Shown in pieces: positions 50,419 to 63,586 of a DNA stretch of 64,000 bases (within the stretch, counting starts at the first letter, position 1; every line of letters starts with the position of its first letter). The translations under genes and the position numbers were made by a program. This DNA comes from Klebsormidium nitens (taxonomy: Eukaryota > Plantae > Klebsormidiophyceae): NCBI GenBank assembly GCA_000708835.1, contig DF237144.1, forward strand, positions 1 through 64,000, given 5' to 3'. Under the pieces are notes generated by a model that was not told the origin of the DNA, did not search any database, and saw nothing but the letters and a program-made list of their open reading frames with translations.

Positions 50419-53400
50419 TCAGACCCCCGCGCACACGAGCTCGCCGTCCGCCGCGTGGCGGCACGCGAAGCCGCTGACGCTCAGGGTTTGCGCGTCGGCG
50501 CTCAGCATCTTGCGCGACACGGCCGCGTCGCGCGAGCCCGGTTGGTCCGTACCGGGCGCTTCGAAGGTACGCACGTACTGGGCAAATTTGCAGTCGGGTG
50601 AAGTCAGGTCGGATGTCTGGTAGTCGGGGTACGTACCGTCGACGATGCCTTTGCCGTTTTTGCCCACGTGGCCTGCCAGGGCCTGCGCGGAGAAAGGCGC
50701 CACGTGGGCAGAATCAGCTGGGTGAGCGAACTAAACTGCCAAGAGCCGAAAAGCGCATGAAAGTCAGAGGACCTTTGTTTCCAGGCGCTTTTCTCCTTTT
50801 CTGCTAAACGTGCAGTTTTCGCGTCGAGTGCGCTGATTGCGACAGACAGAACTGCAAGGAACGACCTTCAAGTTCGTCAAACAAATAAAGGTAGACATCT
50901 TTAGACGGACCGCGAAGTGAGCGCAATTGAGGTGGCCGGAAATAGGAAGTCAAGCTGATAAGAAGAAACGCGAACTGGATGACATCTCTGGTCGAAGGTG
51001 TCGATCTTTGGCTAAGCTGAAACGTCGGAATCGAGTAGGAGTTGCGCCACACTTTGAAACGAAATCCTGAGATCTTCGAATTTGGACGCCTTTGCATCCT
51101 CACTTTCGGACGACCCTCCTTTCTTGCACGCGCCAGGCTTCAAGGTTGTTCTTTTCCGGACGTCCAAAGCTGGTGCAGTGCAACAGACTCCGTGCACCGA
51201 CTATGTCATTGAAAACCGAAGACGGAGACACGTGCGAGGTCTTGGCGTTCGTTCCTGGCTGTTGGGTCCCGCATCAACTCCGCAAGAAAATGCGGGTTTA
51301 AGAAGTTCCGAATGGGGGAAGAAACCTGAAATGTACCTCGAATTGCTGCGGTTTGCCGCTCTGAAACATCTGTCCCAGGACTCCGTGCACTGATGGCGTC
51401 ATGCGCAGGTTGTTGATCGCAAAGTCGAGATGGAGGCCGTCAGGGAAGCTGCCAGTGTGTTTCACGGCCTGCGCGGGGTTTAGATTTGGGGTTAGGTAGG
51501 GTTTCATCGAGGAATTAAGCAGGCTTTATCTTGGGTTAAGCAGGGTTTGCAAGCGGGTTAAGCACGATGCATCTAGTTGAAATTGGGCGAGCTAGATGAA
51601 GACCGTCGGGGAAGCGGTGGGACGCGACCTGCACGGGGTTCGGTCTCGGGGTTAAGCAGGATTTAAGTTTGGGGTTATCAGGCTTTCTCCAGAGATAGGC
51701 AGGGAAAATTGCGGTGGCCAATGGTCAAGCAGCATTATATGGTGCCTCGATTTGGGTGGAAGCGGAAACCGACGTCGGGAAAGCGGTGCGACGCGGGTTT
51801 GTTCTTGGGTTACCAGAGCTCCCTTCAAATCTAGCTGGTTATGAAGAAGAAAGATTTAACGTAAATACCGACTCAAATTCAATCCCTTCTTCCAAGCCTG
51901 ACCTTCCTTCGACAGGAAATGAGAAAGGGCGAAGGCCGTCAAGTCATTGTCGTGGAGCGCCCTACGAACACACTGTTTTTCGGGCTTAAGCAGCGTGCGG
52001 GTTGCAAAAACGGGGAAACAAAAAGAAAAAGAAAGAAGAAAAAACTGTGGTTTGGATCAAATTGCATTTTCAATGAATGGACTCAATGGCGAGGAGAGGA
52101 CGAAAGCATTCTAGCTGACTATTGTTAACACGAGACGTCTGGAAGATCCGATCCGGGGACTGTTCGACTCGATTACACGCAGTCTATTTCGAAGTTGAGC
52201 AGGCATGTGAGTTTCGAGTGAGGATTCAAAAAGGTCTCGTCTTTTTCTGTGGCAATCAACCCGAGACTTCATTCCAATCATAACGCTGAACACCCCAAGA
52301 CTTAGGAGTGACTATCAATGCATGCATAAACAAGACGCGACAGAAAGACAGGAAGAAGAAAAGCCGGAGGAAACGTTTTTAAAAAACCTCACCTTGATTT
52401 CCATCTCCACTACGCCCGAGATGTTGACACGCACGCCGTCCCTCGCGGCTGACGTCATCAGACGCTCCAGCACGCAGGAGCCGTCCGATGTGCGCCACGT
52501 GTCATCTCCAGAGCCCGCGAGCTCGTGGGAAAGGATTGGCTCCGAATCGAAAGCGATTGTGAGGTTGCTGGCGAGAGACGCGTCGGGCCTATCAGCGAGT
52601 GCCACGTGGACGGTGTGTTCGGTCCGCCCGTCTTCGGAAGTGTAGATGAAAAAGAAGGAGTCCATCCTGGTTCCCTTGAAGCGGCCGTCTTCCGTTACCT
52701 GCGGGCGGAACAGCGAATTTGGATTTTGTCCAAAAAAGCGAAGGAATGTTTTGGTTGACACTGGCAGGTATGAACCGATTCAAACGAAGCTTTAGAAGCC
52801 CAGAACGGCGAGGCTTCTGCTGGACATCAAGGAAGAACCAGTGACCGCTGCACTGCAAAGGTGGAAGAAATAGCGCTTGAGCAACGAAGCAGCGAAAGGC
52901 ATTCAGCACATTCCTCACAGCCGAGCGCAAACTCGTCTTAGCTTATGTCTGTGAAACCTGCCAAACTGCGTTTGCATGATGACGGAAATAACATGCCACA
53001 AAAGTACCAAGAAAGGTCAAAGTTTTTCACCAGTCCGAAAAAGTGACTGTTCATGTGGAAGCGAGTGTCGGAGATAAGGCAGAAGTGCTTATCCTGCAAA
53101 GGAGAATGAGCAAATTTTGAGACACGTGGCAGATTATCATTGGGTCAGCCAGTGGCCCGTGCCAGACACATTACATTATTAGCTTTTCCTCGTCAATGAT
53201 TCTGATGACACGTGGCTAGCTTTCTGTTTGCAAATGGTGGAACCATTGTATGACCTGGTTCACATTGGAGTTGCCAAATTGTCATAACTTAGATCACAGC
53301 CTGATCGGAAGCATATCGTGCATTCTTCGACCCCCAACTCGATCGAAGATTAGGGCAGGACTAGAACAAGTCCTTCTTGTTCAGAAAGAAGTCAACCCAT

Positions 53401-55452
53401 CAACCTAGATAGAAAGGGTCTGGACTGGGACACTCGAGATGATAAGGACAATCAGACAGAATTCAGGATCGGAGTGCTTCAAGTGATCCAAGGCCTGTGA
53501 ACAGAACTTTTGCGGAGGAGTTTGACTTGGCTCGGGCACGATTAACCGCCTGAACATTGTGAGTGGCCCTTGTGTTCATAAGGAAGTTGCGAAATTAAGG
53601 TCTTATGTATTCCTAACATAAAGCGTGACGTTTCACTTAGGGGCGGGGTGAAACGGAGGCGTTGATAAGACGGGATCTTAAGAGGGGGTTTCACAAGGGC
53701 CGTGGGGAAAAGCGGGGGTTCAACGAGAGTACACTCAAAGGTAAGGTGTAGGCAGCGAGGATTTTGCTGTTCCAGCTCACCCTGGTCATCACAGAAAACT
53801 GAAAAGCTCAAACGCTGCTAGAAGGGAGCCTTCGTCAGACGTCCTGACCCATGACATGAACGAAAAGGACTTGTTCTTTGAAAGCAGGAGAGAAGAGAGA
53901 GTAGAATGCATGGATTTGAAGAAAGTGTTTCTGGAGAGATCATGGGCCCTGAGAGCGAATTGGACTAGCTCTGCAGGTGCCCTAGTGAATGTGGGGTTGA
54001 GCTGGATCAGCTATTGCAGGAAAAATTGTTTGCTCACCTGTTCTCCGTGGAAGTAATAATTGATTCCTTCAGGTCCCTCAAAACGTGGGTCCTACATAAT
54101 GCGCATAAGGGGACGGTTGAGAAACGTTTGATACGCAATGTTCTTCCAACCAGGACTACGATTGAAACGTTCTGGGACCGGAACGACTTTTTAAAAGTAG
54201 GGAAGCGCTTGCGGAAAATCTCGAATGCAAAAGATCGATTCAGTAGGCAACAGAATGTGAAACACCGGGGAACGTTAGAGTGCTTCCAAAGACGAAGGGG
54301 TGCCAGCTGTCAGAGTCCCTTCAAAGTCATCTACATTGAAATACATCTGACATGTTCTCATGTTGCGGCAATTCAGTAACTTTGGGAAGACTCAAACAAC
54401 ACAACGTTGCAACAGAGGCAATCAGTACAGGGTGCACCTTGAAAGGTGCAAAACGTGAAGTGTCCTCTGACAGTGAGCTTACCCCACGGCCTCCCGGAGC
54501 CTTTGTGGGGCGGGGCATGCACGTGCACCTTACACGTGCCGTAAGGCCCCCCGCGACATACTCTAAATTGGCGTTGCTGCAGGACGTAGTGCACGTGCCT
54601 CTCTCGCACGAGGCGACGCCTGCGGACGTCAGCAGAATGTGGTCGGTGACGTCAGCAAAGGGGCACATCCGCATCAGAGAACGGTCGGTGACATCAGAAG
54701 CAGGCGGATGGGGAGTCAGCAGAGAGTGCACACTGGTGCAGTCAGCAGAACTGATCAGCCGCGTCAGCAGAGGGCGAATGCTGACGTCAGTAGGCGGTTA
54801 CATTGTTTCAGCACAGCTTCTTGACACCAAAGGTTACCCAGTGCCCGATCAGGTTCCGGACCCTTATAAAGTCGCACAGGCTTCTAGTGTCAGAGCCGCA
54901 GCTTTATACAGCAAACAGCCTCGCAAGCAGACTTGACACCAGTTGACAAAAAGTTGGAATTTACCAAAGGTTGCGGTGATGCGCACACTGACCGTCCCAG
55001 TGTCGGAACAGGCATACATACAGAAATAGCCCCGTACGCAGACTTGACACCAGTTAATGCACGGAGAGGAAGCGTTCTGTCTGATGTTGATCTGAAACTT
55101 ATCTGAACCCCTTGCGCCATGTCTAGACTTGGTCTGCAGCTCGCAGACGGAATCCAGACATCTCCGACCAGTCTGAAGTATGTTTGAAACTCTCTGTCTT
55201 CAAATCGTTCCTCGGACAAGCGTGCTTTGACCAAAAGGTAACACCGGAGCTGCGGGCCCTTACCATCAGCTGATTGCAGTTTAGCCGCATCGAACTGGCC
55301 GGTGTCTGAGCACTCAACGGGTGAGCCGGCCGGCTCCGCCCGCTGGAAGCATGCCCTGCAACTCCCCAGAGCTGGCTGCGGAGCTGCAATAGCCTCATGT
55401 ACAAATTCAGCGCAGAGAAGCAGCACCAGAGCGGGCGGCCCGCAGCGCGAGC
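50419..55452 (-). CDS. Root_cap / LEA-related secreted protein (PF06830-type), copy A; first exon not resolved
   Basis: Minus-strand exons: 55452-55264, 54619-54483, 54091-54038, 53093-53031, 52698-52393, 51468-51337, 50730-50419. All are in phase and open. Family motifs: GGRG-DPRFEGPEGINYYFHGE, HFCLISD..HMNSHF, MDSF, HLDF..SVHGVLGQMF, DYQTSDLTSPDCKF. Confidence 0.85.
51480..51810 (-). repeat. Echoes of the acceptor + start of Root_cap A exon 51468-51337, embedded in GGGTTAAG-rich repeats
   Basis: ccgtgcag|GTCGCGTCCCACCGCTTCCCCGACGG at 51628 and a weaker copy at about 51795. Confidence 0.85.
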
Positions 55453-58400
55453 CTGCTGACGTCAGACTGACGCTTGTTGGGAGCCATTACGTAATACTGG
55501 TTGCTGGCAGGGAGCAGAGGCGCAGTATGAGAGATCAGAAGCTCAATGATGTGGTGGCGTTGGAATTTGAGCTGCGGTGTGCGAGGTGCTCGGAATGTGA
55601 AGCTTGGAAATTGGAGATGCTATGAATGAAAGCTGGCTCAAGAGAAGCACGTTATATAAGCGACTCAGAACGTGATCAGCAATATTGGAATCAAATGGGC
55701 TGGCCGGAGCGGAATTGAACAGCTTCGCTGATATCAAGCTGCGAGTACGCGGTCCCGACGTCCGCGGTACGATCGAGCGGAAGCCGCCTGCTACTGAGCT
55801 GATTAACACAGGCTGACTCACAACGAGTGACTCTAGTCTGCCAAAGCGAAGCTGGAAAGGATGAGCTGTCATGGCTTGCTTGTCATACTGTGAGACAGCT
55901 CAGTGTAACAGCTGTGACAGCAATTGCTTAATTCTTCAGCAATCGCTTCAAACTTTGCCGTTTCAGATGCACACTTGCCGACTCAATCCAACCACTCCGT
56001 AATCATTGAATCACGCCGAAGCAGTCGGACTTCCGTACAAGCGTTCAACGTCGAATTATCCGTACGATTTGTTGACTCTGACTCGCCTATCGAACTTCGA
56101 CGACGTCAACGCACTGATTCAGCCTGATTGTGCATATGGACCGAACAGCTGCTGGGGTCCGGCGGACACCCCCCTCAAATCAGGCTGCGATGCCGGGGCG
56201 CCGGACCCCCCCGAGCAGGGTTCGTTGCGTGCGCTTGGCGGGCGGCTGGCGTGCAGTGATGCGGCAATGGCTCAGAGATTTTATTTTAGCGGGCGGCAGC
56301 TGCAAATTTGCAAGCCTGCCTCGCGTTTCCACTTTCCATGCATGCGGCGCGGGCAGGCCGGGTTGGCCCTCACTGAATTAATTGGGCGAACCAGCTAGCC
56401 CATTGAATACTTTCTGCACACTTTCTGGTGACCAGTGTCCAACCATAGCTTATAGCCTTGATACGCGGGCTTGCACAACAGAAGAGTTATCACTGACGTG
56501 GTACTTACTGGAGGCGACAGCTGCCAGCTTCACTGCCTGGCATGAACCAAATTAGCTAAAGTTGTCGCTGTCATGCGATACAGGCTCGGGATTTGATTGG
56601 GCTCGGTAACCAGAGCGGGCCGCGCCGGACATCTGCGACGTCGGCAAACGTACATGATGCGATGTGTCTTATATGCATGGAAATTATATGATTCATTCAT
56701 TGTCGAGACTCTATACTACTCCTCAGTTCCTCTGGAATGACGCGCGCGTGCGTGCGCAAAGCGTCCGATTAAATATGCTAGTGCTTGCGCAAACAGCCCG
56801 GCACTCGAACTTTCCTATGTTGTACTCTTTTAAATCAATCGATGTCCAAAGTACAGAGCAAAAGCCTGGCGACGTGGCACTAAATGACAATGCTTATCGA
56901 ATCTTCACTCCCGAATCTAAAGCAATCCAAGGCCACGCTTAGTGCATAATCAAAATCCCTGGGCAACTCACCGACTCTAGCTCTGGTTACAACACAAAGC
57001 TGCCGGCCGCAGCTACTCCTACTAACAAATGTGAGACTCCGTCAAAATGTGCACGGGGAGAGCTCTTCGATAGTCCTGAGTAGCATTAGTCGTGAAATTC
57101 ACTCGCTCTGGATACTTCAAATTCAACGGGTTTCTAACCAGCCTACCGGTGGTTGATTTTGGCCAGAAGTCCTGTGTTGATGGATTGCAGATAAACTACT
57201 TAAAACGAGTCTCGCGATCTTCGCCAAGGAATCTGGCCATTCAGGAAGGGCCACGCATCGATGGGTTCTAGACGCGTGCCGGCCGCTTAGATGCTTTTTA
57301 TATGTCGGTCGCAAAGCTTGTTAATCATGCCCAGTCCAGCTTTTGGAGTTCGGTCTGAGCGAGCTCGAGCTTTGTAGTATATTTACAGTGGATTTAATTC
57401 AAAACCAATCCACTAGTCTTCGAGCAGCAAAAGTAAGGCTGACTGATCACCAGCTTTGTTTCGAAAGCATGCAGTCCTAGTTGGCGCTTTAGCTCGTGCT
57501 GACGCCGTCCAGTCATGGCATAGCTAGTCGTCCTTTCCACGTGGACTGAGACGGACTTGATCGGTGGACTTAATCCTGAAGTGGCGCAATTTGAATTGCG
57601 TTCTCTCAGTCAAACAACCGGTTGTACAGCTACGACATGGTTTGTAAATGCATCCGTGTACAACCAGGGCCGGACTCCATATTCGTGTACTGTATATTGA
57701 GGTCTTCAGCACCTGTGTATAGAGCTGGTCGACCGTGTTCGAATTCTTACTTGTGTCGGAACACTTCTTGAGATACAACCTCATTTTGGATAGTCAACTG
57801 GACTTGGTGTCTTGGTGAATGACTGCATATTTGATCCGAGACGCAAATCTGTTCGAGGACAGGGATGAGCCAAGCGCATCAGAGATCAGATTGACTCTCT
57901 TAGCTTGGGCATACCTACTCCCAGCTTACACACCGCGGCCAGACACTCGTTGCACAGGATCATGCAGAAGGTGAAGATAGATATGCCAAATTTGCGCAAC
58001 ATATGATGCGAAATGCAATTTGGCAAACGCACCCGATTTTCTGATCTCGTACCGTAGTACATTTGTTTTAGTGTATAGCCCGGCCAGAGCTCAAAGAGAA
58101 CTAGTGCACACCGATTCGTACTAGTGGACGGATTGATCGAATCGCGATGGCGACTGAGCAAAGCGCTTGTTCAATGATTTGAACAGCTAGCTAGCGCCCA
58201 AATGCATGATGGGCTAAGTGCTTATAATCAGTTGCGCATCATGCAGGAGACCGTAAGCTTCGAAAATGCTAATGGACTGCGATCGCCTGCCTATGCCTTT
58301 ACACGGATCTACTACTGCTTCGAAGCGATCTGGAATGACGCGAGCTTTCCTTGGTCGTCGCAATCACTTGTGATCTTGTGGACTTTGGACTCTTAAGTTG

Positions 58401-59294
58401 GGTAATTTGAATGCCCATTCTTACGAACTTGGCAAAGAGACTGAGGACATACTCAATCAGGCTGATGAAATGCAAGACTCTTCTCAACGGCACCAGCGAT
58501 CATGGCAATCCACAGTGACACAATATCTTCACAAGAGTAGCTCCGAGTCTGATCGACTCTGTATGATCCTCTCCACATTGCAGTTGTCCACTCTCAGATT
58601 AGAGACGCGAAATCAACAGCTTTTGGATTGTCCAAACGTACTATACTCTCGCTATCCCCTCGGCACCTAATTCAAGTCAATGGGCGGTATCGATCCTGGT
58701 AAAATCTGCTCTCGTAGCCAGAAAACCAGCGTTTATATGCGGTTTATATACTCTAAAGTTCTGACGTTTTGACGTACGTATGACGTTGTTATCGGACCCG
58801 CTATTCTACAAAGTGTTTTGACACGGCACTCCCCTGCGGTCATTTTCGACCGCACCTTCAAGTTGTGTAGTAGAGTAGTAGGCCGTTTGAACTGTCTGTT
58901 TTAGTTTACAAAAAGCACTAGCACTTGAACTTGGAGACTTCTAAGTTTGGGGCAAAAGGCGCCGCGACAAATGATTGCAGACGATTTGACTCACGTTAGG
59001 CACTCCAATCGGTTGCAACCAATCCCTCGTCAACCTTCTTGTGAGTTTGAATAGAATGTCATGGGTGCCGCAGTAGGCGAGTACCGTTCCCACCAGGCCG
59101 TCTTTCTCACTCAGTGCCCCTAAACTTCTAACGTCGCTAGGGCCCTATAACCCCGCTAAGGCCCTCCAAAGCCAAACCCGAAAGCTCTAAAGTCTCAGAG
59201 TCCCGAACCCCTAAAGCTCTACGTAATTAAAGTCCAAAGCTAGCTCCCAAACCCATCACGCCTACATCCCCAACATCCTGAGCACGCTCTAGTG

Positions 59295-62200
59295 TTACAC
59301 CCCCGCGCACAGCAGCCCGCCGTTAGCCACATGGCGACACGCGAAGCCGCCGCTGACGCTCAGGGTTTGCGCGTCGGCGCTTTGCAGCTTGCGCGACGCG
59401 GCCGCGTTCCGAGAGCCTGGTTGGTCCGTACCGGGCGCTTCGAAGGTGCGGACGAACTGGGAGAACTTGCAGTCGGGGGAAGCCAGGTCAGACGTTTGGT
59501 AGTCCCGGTACGTACCGTCGACGATGCCCTCGCCGTTGTCGCCCACGTGGCCTGCGGACTGCGCGGAAAATAGCGCCACGTGGGCAGAGGTGGGTGGGCG
59601 AACTAAACTGGCAGCTAGCATCAAAAAGCTGAAAGCGTATGAAGCTTATTTAGAGGACCTTTCGAATACGGTCCTTCTCTTCTTTTCTACTCGACGTGTA
59701 ATTTCGCACCGAGGGAGGTGCTTTACAAAGAAAACGTAGTACAAGGAAGGATACCTTCAAATTCGTGCTTCGAGCTGAAACGGACAGAAGTAGGACTCTT
59801 CAAGCGTTCAAAGTGAGCTCTAAGTGAGATGACCGATAGCTAAGTATCTAGGAGAAACGGCGATCGAGTGGATGCGTTCTCGATTGGAGGTGTGAATCAG
59901 CTTTCGCTAACCGTGAGACGTTGGTAACGAGTAGCGCCCGGCCATGTTTTGAAAGCTGCATACTCAGACCTTGAGGATCGGAATGGAGGACCTGAACTTA
60001 AACCCGAAATAAACCTCCGTTCACGCGTTTTGAGGCTCTTCTTTTTTGGAAGTCTAAAGCTGCGCAGCGCACTGACAACTCAAGCACATCTCGATGGAAG
60101 TGTGAGCATCTTTACCGCAGCGAATATGTCAGGATGTCGAGAACTGAGTGACGTCAGAAAGACGAGACGGAAACCCTCAATCGTATCGCCGCTCTGCTGT
60201 GTTAACTTGACGCCGCACTAATCATCGACGCAACTTGAAGATTGCCACGGCATCCCTCAATCGTGACAGAGAGACGCGTTTCGGATAGTACTGACTGGGA
60301 GCTACGAGCTCCAAAATATCATTTTGAGAACTTCTGAGTGTTGGGCGCCGGTCTTCAAAAGTTGTAGCTAAAAGTGCTGCGGCTTGCCGAAGTCTTCAGA
60401 TCTGAGGCGAGACACTGTGCTGGATTCGGGATTGAGACTTACGATTCAAATCTCTGAAGATTATATGTACCCTTTTGGCTCAGCCGCCGTACCCGTTTTC
60501 AAATTGCTGGCGGCTTTGCCGCCTGAATTGAAGAGCTTCGCGCACTGATGGCGCAAAAGAATAGTGCAAAAAGAAGCAGAGACTGCGGGGATCTCTGATT
60601 GTCGGGTTCTACAATTTCAGAACCTGCGGGTTTCAAGGTTCCAGAATGTCGAAGTTTCGGGGTTTTGGACCGTACCTGGAACTGCTGCCGTTCGCCGACC
60701 TTAAACATCTGATAGGAGAATCTGTGCTATGTTCCGGGGTATGCGGAATTTGCATAGCATCTGGGATTTGAGGTTTTGAGTTAGCCGCGTACCTGGAATT
60801 GCTGAGGCTTGCCGCTCTTAAACATCTGGCCCAGGACTCCGTGCACTGATGACGTCATGCGCAGCGCGTTGATGGAGAAGTCGAGGTGGAGGCCGTCGGG
60901 GAAGCGGTGGGACGCGACCTGCACGGAAATTAGTTCCAGGGTCAAGCAGGGTTAAAGTGAGGGTTAAGCATGCTTCAACCGAGAGATAAGCAGGGTTTAC
61001 TCCCGGGTTAAGCAGCAGACGTCTCCGGTTCAAAACGATCGAATGGAGGCCGTCGGGGAAGGCGGTGGAATGTGACCTGCGCGGGGTTGAGTTCCGGGGT
61101 AAAGCAGGGTTTTACGGAGGGTTAAGCGTGCTTTAACCGAGAGATAAGCAGGGTTTACTTCCGGGTTCAGCAGCGGACGTCTCCGGTTTAAATAGGTCGA
61201 AATGGAGGCGGTCGGGGAAACGGTGCGACGTGACCTGCGCGGGGTTGTTCCCGGGGTTAAGCAGGAGTAAAGCTAAGCAGCTGCAGGGTGAAGAGTAAGT
61301 CCTCTGGGGTTAAACCAGGATTTATCCGAGACTTAAGCAGGGTCTGTCTTCTGATTAAGCAGCATACGTGTTGAATTTACCATTTTTGAGTCCGTCTGTG
61401 AACCGGCGCGACGCAACCTGCTGCGTATACTAATGGAGTCAAGCAGAGTTTCTCTGGAAGTGTTGCAGGTCTTGTCCAAAAGTTAAGCAGGGTTCAGTGC
61501 GGGTTAAAGCAGCAAACGCTTTCGGTTTGAAAATGTTGCCGTAGTTTCATCGGGGACGGTGCGACGCAACTTGAGCAGAGCTTATTTGGGTCTCACCAAC
61601 GGATTCCCTCGAGTTTAGTATCAAGAAGGAGACGGGTTCGACATAAAAGATCGATTCCAATCAACGCTTTGAAGAAGAAATTCTCTCAGGGCACAGTGCT
61701 TATGCTTCGTCGGAAGATTGGTAATGGCGGAGACTGTCACGGCATTGGCGCAGAGCGGTCTGCAAACGGTTTGCTATTCAGACAAAAAGCGAGTGAACTT
61801 CATAAAAAAGGAGGTATGAACAGAAAACAAAGAACAAAGCAGGTGGGCTTGATTTGCATGTGTGATCTCTTCGAAACCAGATGCGAAAGAGGACGAGAGC
61901 TTTGTTGCGGTGACAAAAGACGTGGGCGAAAGTGCGGACGCAAAAAGGTTGCGCCGCAACGCAAATCTCAAATATGTGTACTGAGGAATTGGGCCGGACG
62001 TATATGGGAGTTTCAAGCAGGGAACTTGATCCGCTGACGTCCTCCAAGCTTGTTGTCAGATCGACGGGAACCCCGGACTCAAAAGTACCTCCAAAGCCTG
62101 GAGCACACTGAGTAATTGCACAGGATACTCTCTAACAAAAGAAAAGGAAAACTGATGGCAGGGAGGGAACGCGTTGAGAGATCTCACCTTGATTTCCATC

Positions 62201-63586
62201 TCCACGATACCGGAGATGTTGACACGCACGCCGTCCCCCGCGGCTGACGTCATCAGATGCTCGAGCGCGCACGAGCCGTCCGATGCGCCCCACGTGTCAT
62301 CTCCAGAGCCCGCGAACCTGGGCTCGTGGAGAAGGATTGGCTCCGAGTCAAAGGCTTAGGTGAGGTTGCTGGAGAGAGACGCGTCGGGCCTATCAGCAAC
62401 CGCCACGTGGACGGTGTGTTCGATTTGGCCGTCTTCGGAGGTGTAGATGAGGAAGAAGGAGTCCATCCAGGTTCCGGTGAAGCCGGTGTGTTCCGTTTCC
62501 TGTGGGCGGAGAGCGGAACGTGGCCGTCGGTCAGGCAGACCAGGCGTGCAGATCAGATCCAAGGGCGTAAAATAAATGAGCAGCTAGAAGGTACGTAGAA
62601 GTCTCGAGATTCAGAAAAGCGGCAATCCAAAATGGCTCCTGATGGTTGTCAGAATACGTCCGTTTAGTTGGAACCAGCTTTCTTCCATAGACGGAGGCAG
62701 CGCAAGACGTGGAGCAGTTCTATCAGACATCGAGTTGAGCGCAAACCATTCTAGTTTCGAATCTGGACTCCGGAGATGCGGTTACAAATTGAAGGTAAAA
62801 GCATGTAAAGGAACGTGAAAGGTACACACCTGCCCGATGAAGTGACTGTTCATGTGGAAACGCGTGTCGGAGATGAGGCAGAAATCCTTGTCCTGCAACG
62901 GGGATTGGATAGTGTTAGAGACACGTGGCAGATGCTGATTCGCTCAGCTAGCCCAGGCTTCTAGACAGCTAATTTCTAATCTACAGCTCCTTTTTCTGAA
63001 AGACCACTGACGAAGACAGAGAGGAGGGATAATGAAACAGAGGGCCACAACGGAAAGAGACAACGACGCGATGACAGTGCGGGCTAAGGAGAGTAATTCG
63101 AGAAAAGGGCTGGATTACAAAATGAGGAGATTGCTTGCTTACCTTCTCTCCGTGAAAGTCGTACTTGATTCCTTCAGGTCCGTCAAAATGAGGGTCCTGT
63201 ACTCGTGTAAGAGAATGCATGAACACTTTTGATTAAAAACCGGAGTATGCCATGCATTGAAAGGCCCTTGAAAGCCAAAGCACGCCGTGAGGAGAGGCTT
63301 CGTTCCTTTCTCCGTTTTCATGGACAATCACAGCAATCCGAAATCACGAGCACTCCACAGATATGCAGATTTCTACTGCTGGAGTCAAAACGAAATATAT
63401 ACAAACTCGAAAATCGGAAAACCTAAAATAGACTCACCCCGTTTCCCCCCGGCGATGGGTTCGGGGCCGACACACACGTGCACTCTACACGTGTCGTAAA
63501 GCTCGACCGAGGGGGCTCAGGGGTGAGCGTTATTTTGGGGCGGCTGCAGCTCGTGGTGCACGTGCCTTTTTCGGACGTGGCAGCAC
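59295..63586 (-). pseudogene. Root_cap / LEA-related copy B, pseudogene (5' exons run out of the window)
   Basis: Exons: 63586-63438, 63196-63143 (DPHFDGPEGIKYDFHGEK), 62892-62830, 62499-62188, 60918-60793, 59602-59295. There is an in-frame TAA at 62358-62356, where copy A has ATC, and a 4-nt deletion near 59588 (308 versus 312 nt last exon). Confidence 0.82.
60640..61600 (-). repeat. Echoes around Root_cap B exon 60918-60793 (about 158-183 bp units)
   Basis: An exon-end copy at about 60670-60710. Acceptor+start copies at 61077, 61235, 61418 and about 61570 (true 60919), separated by repeated gggttaagcagggttt spacers. Confidence 0.9.

Noticed and set aside
55820-55872. MTAHPFQLRFGRLESLV|gtgagt as the first exon of Root_cap A
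   Set aside because: It ends in phase 0, whereas the candidate acceptors at 55452/55455 need phase 1. The start of the gene is left unresolved.
56000-58700. ORFs at 56006-56398, 57524-57784 and 57886-58670 between the Root_cap copies
   Set aside because: No recognisable family, no phase-consistent exon chain and no echoes.
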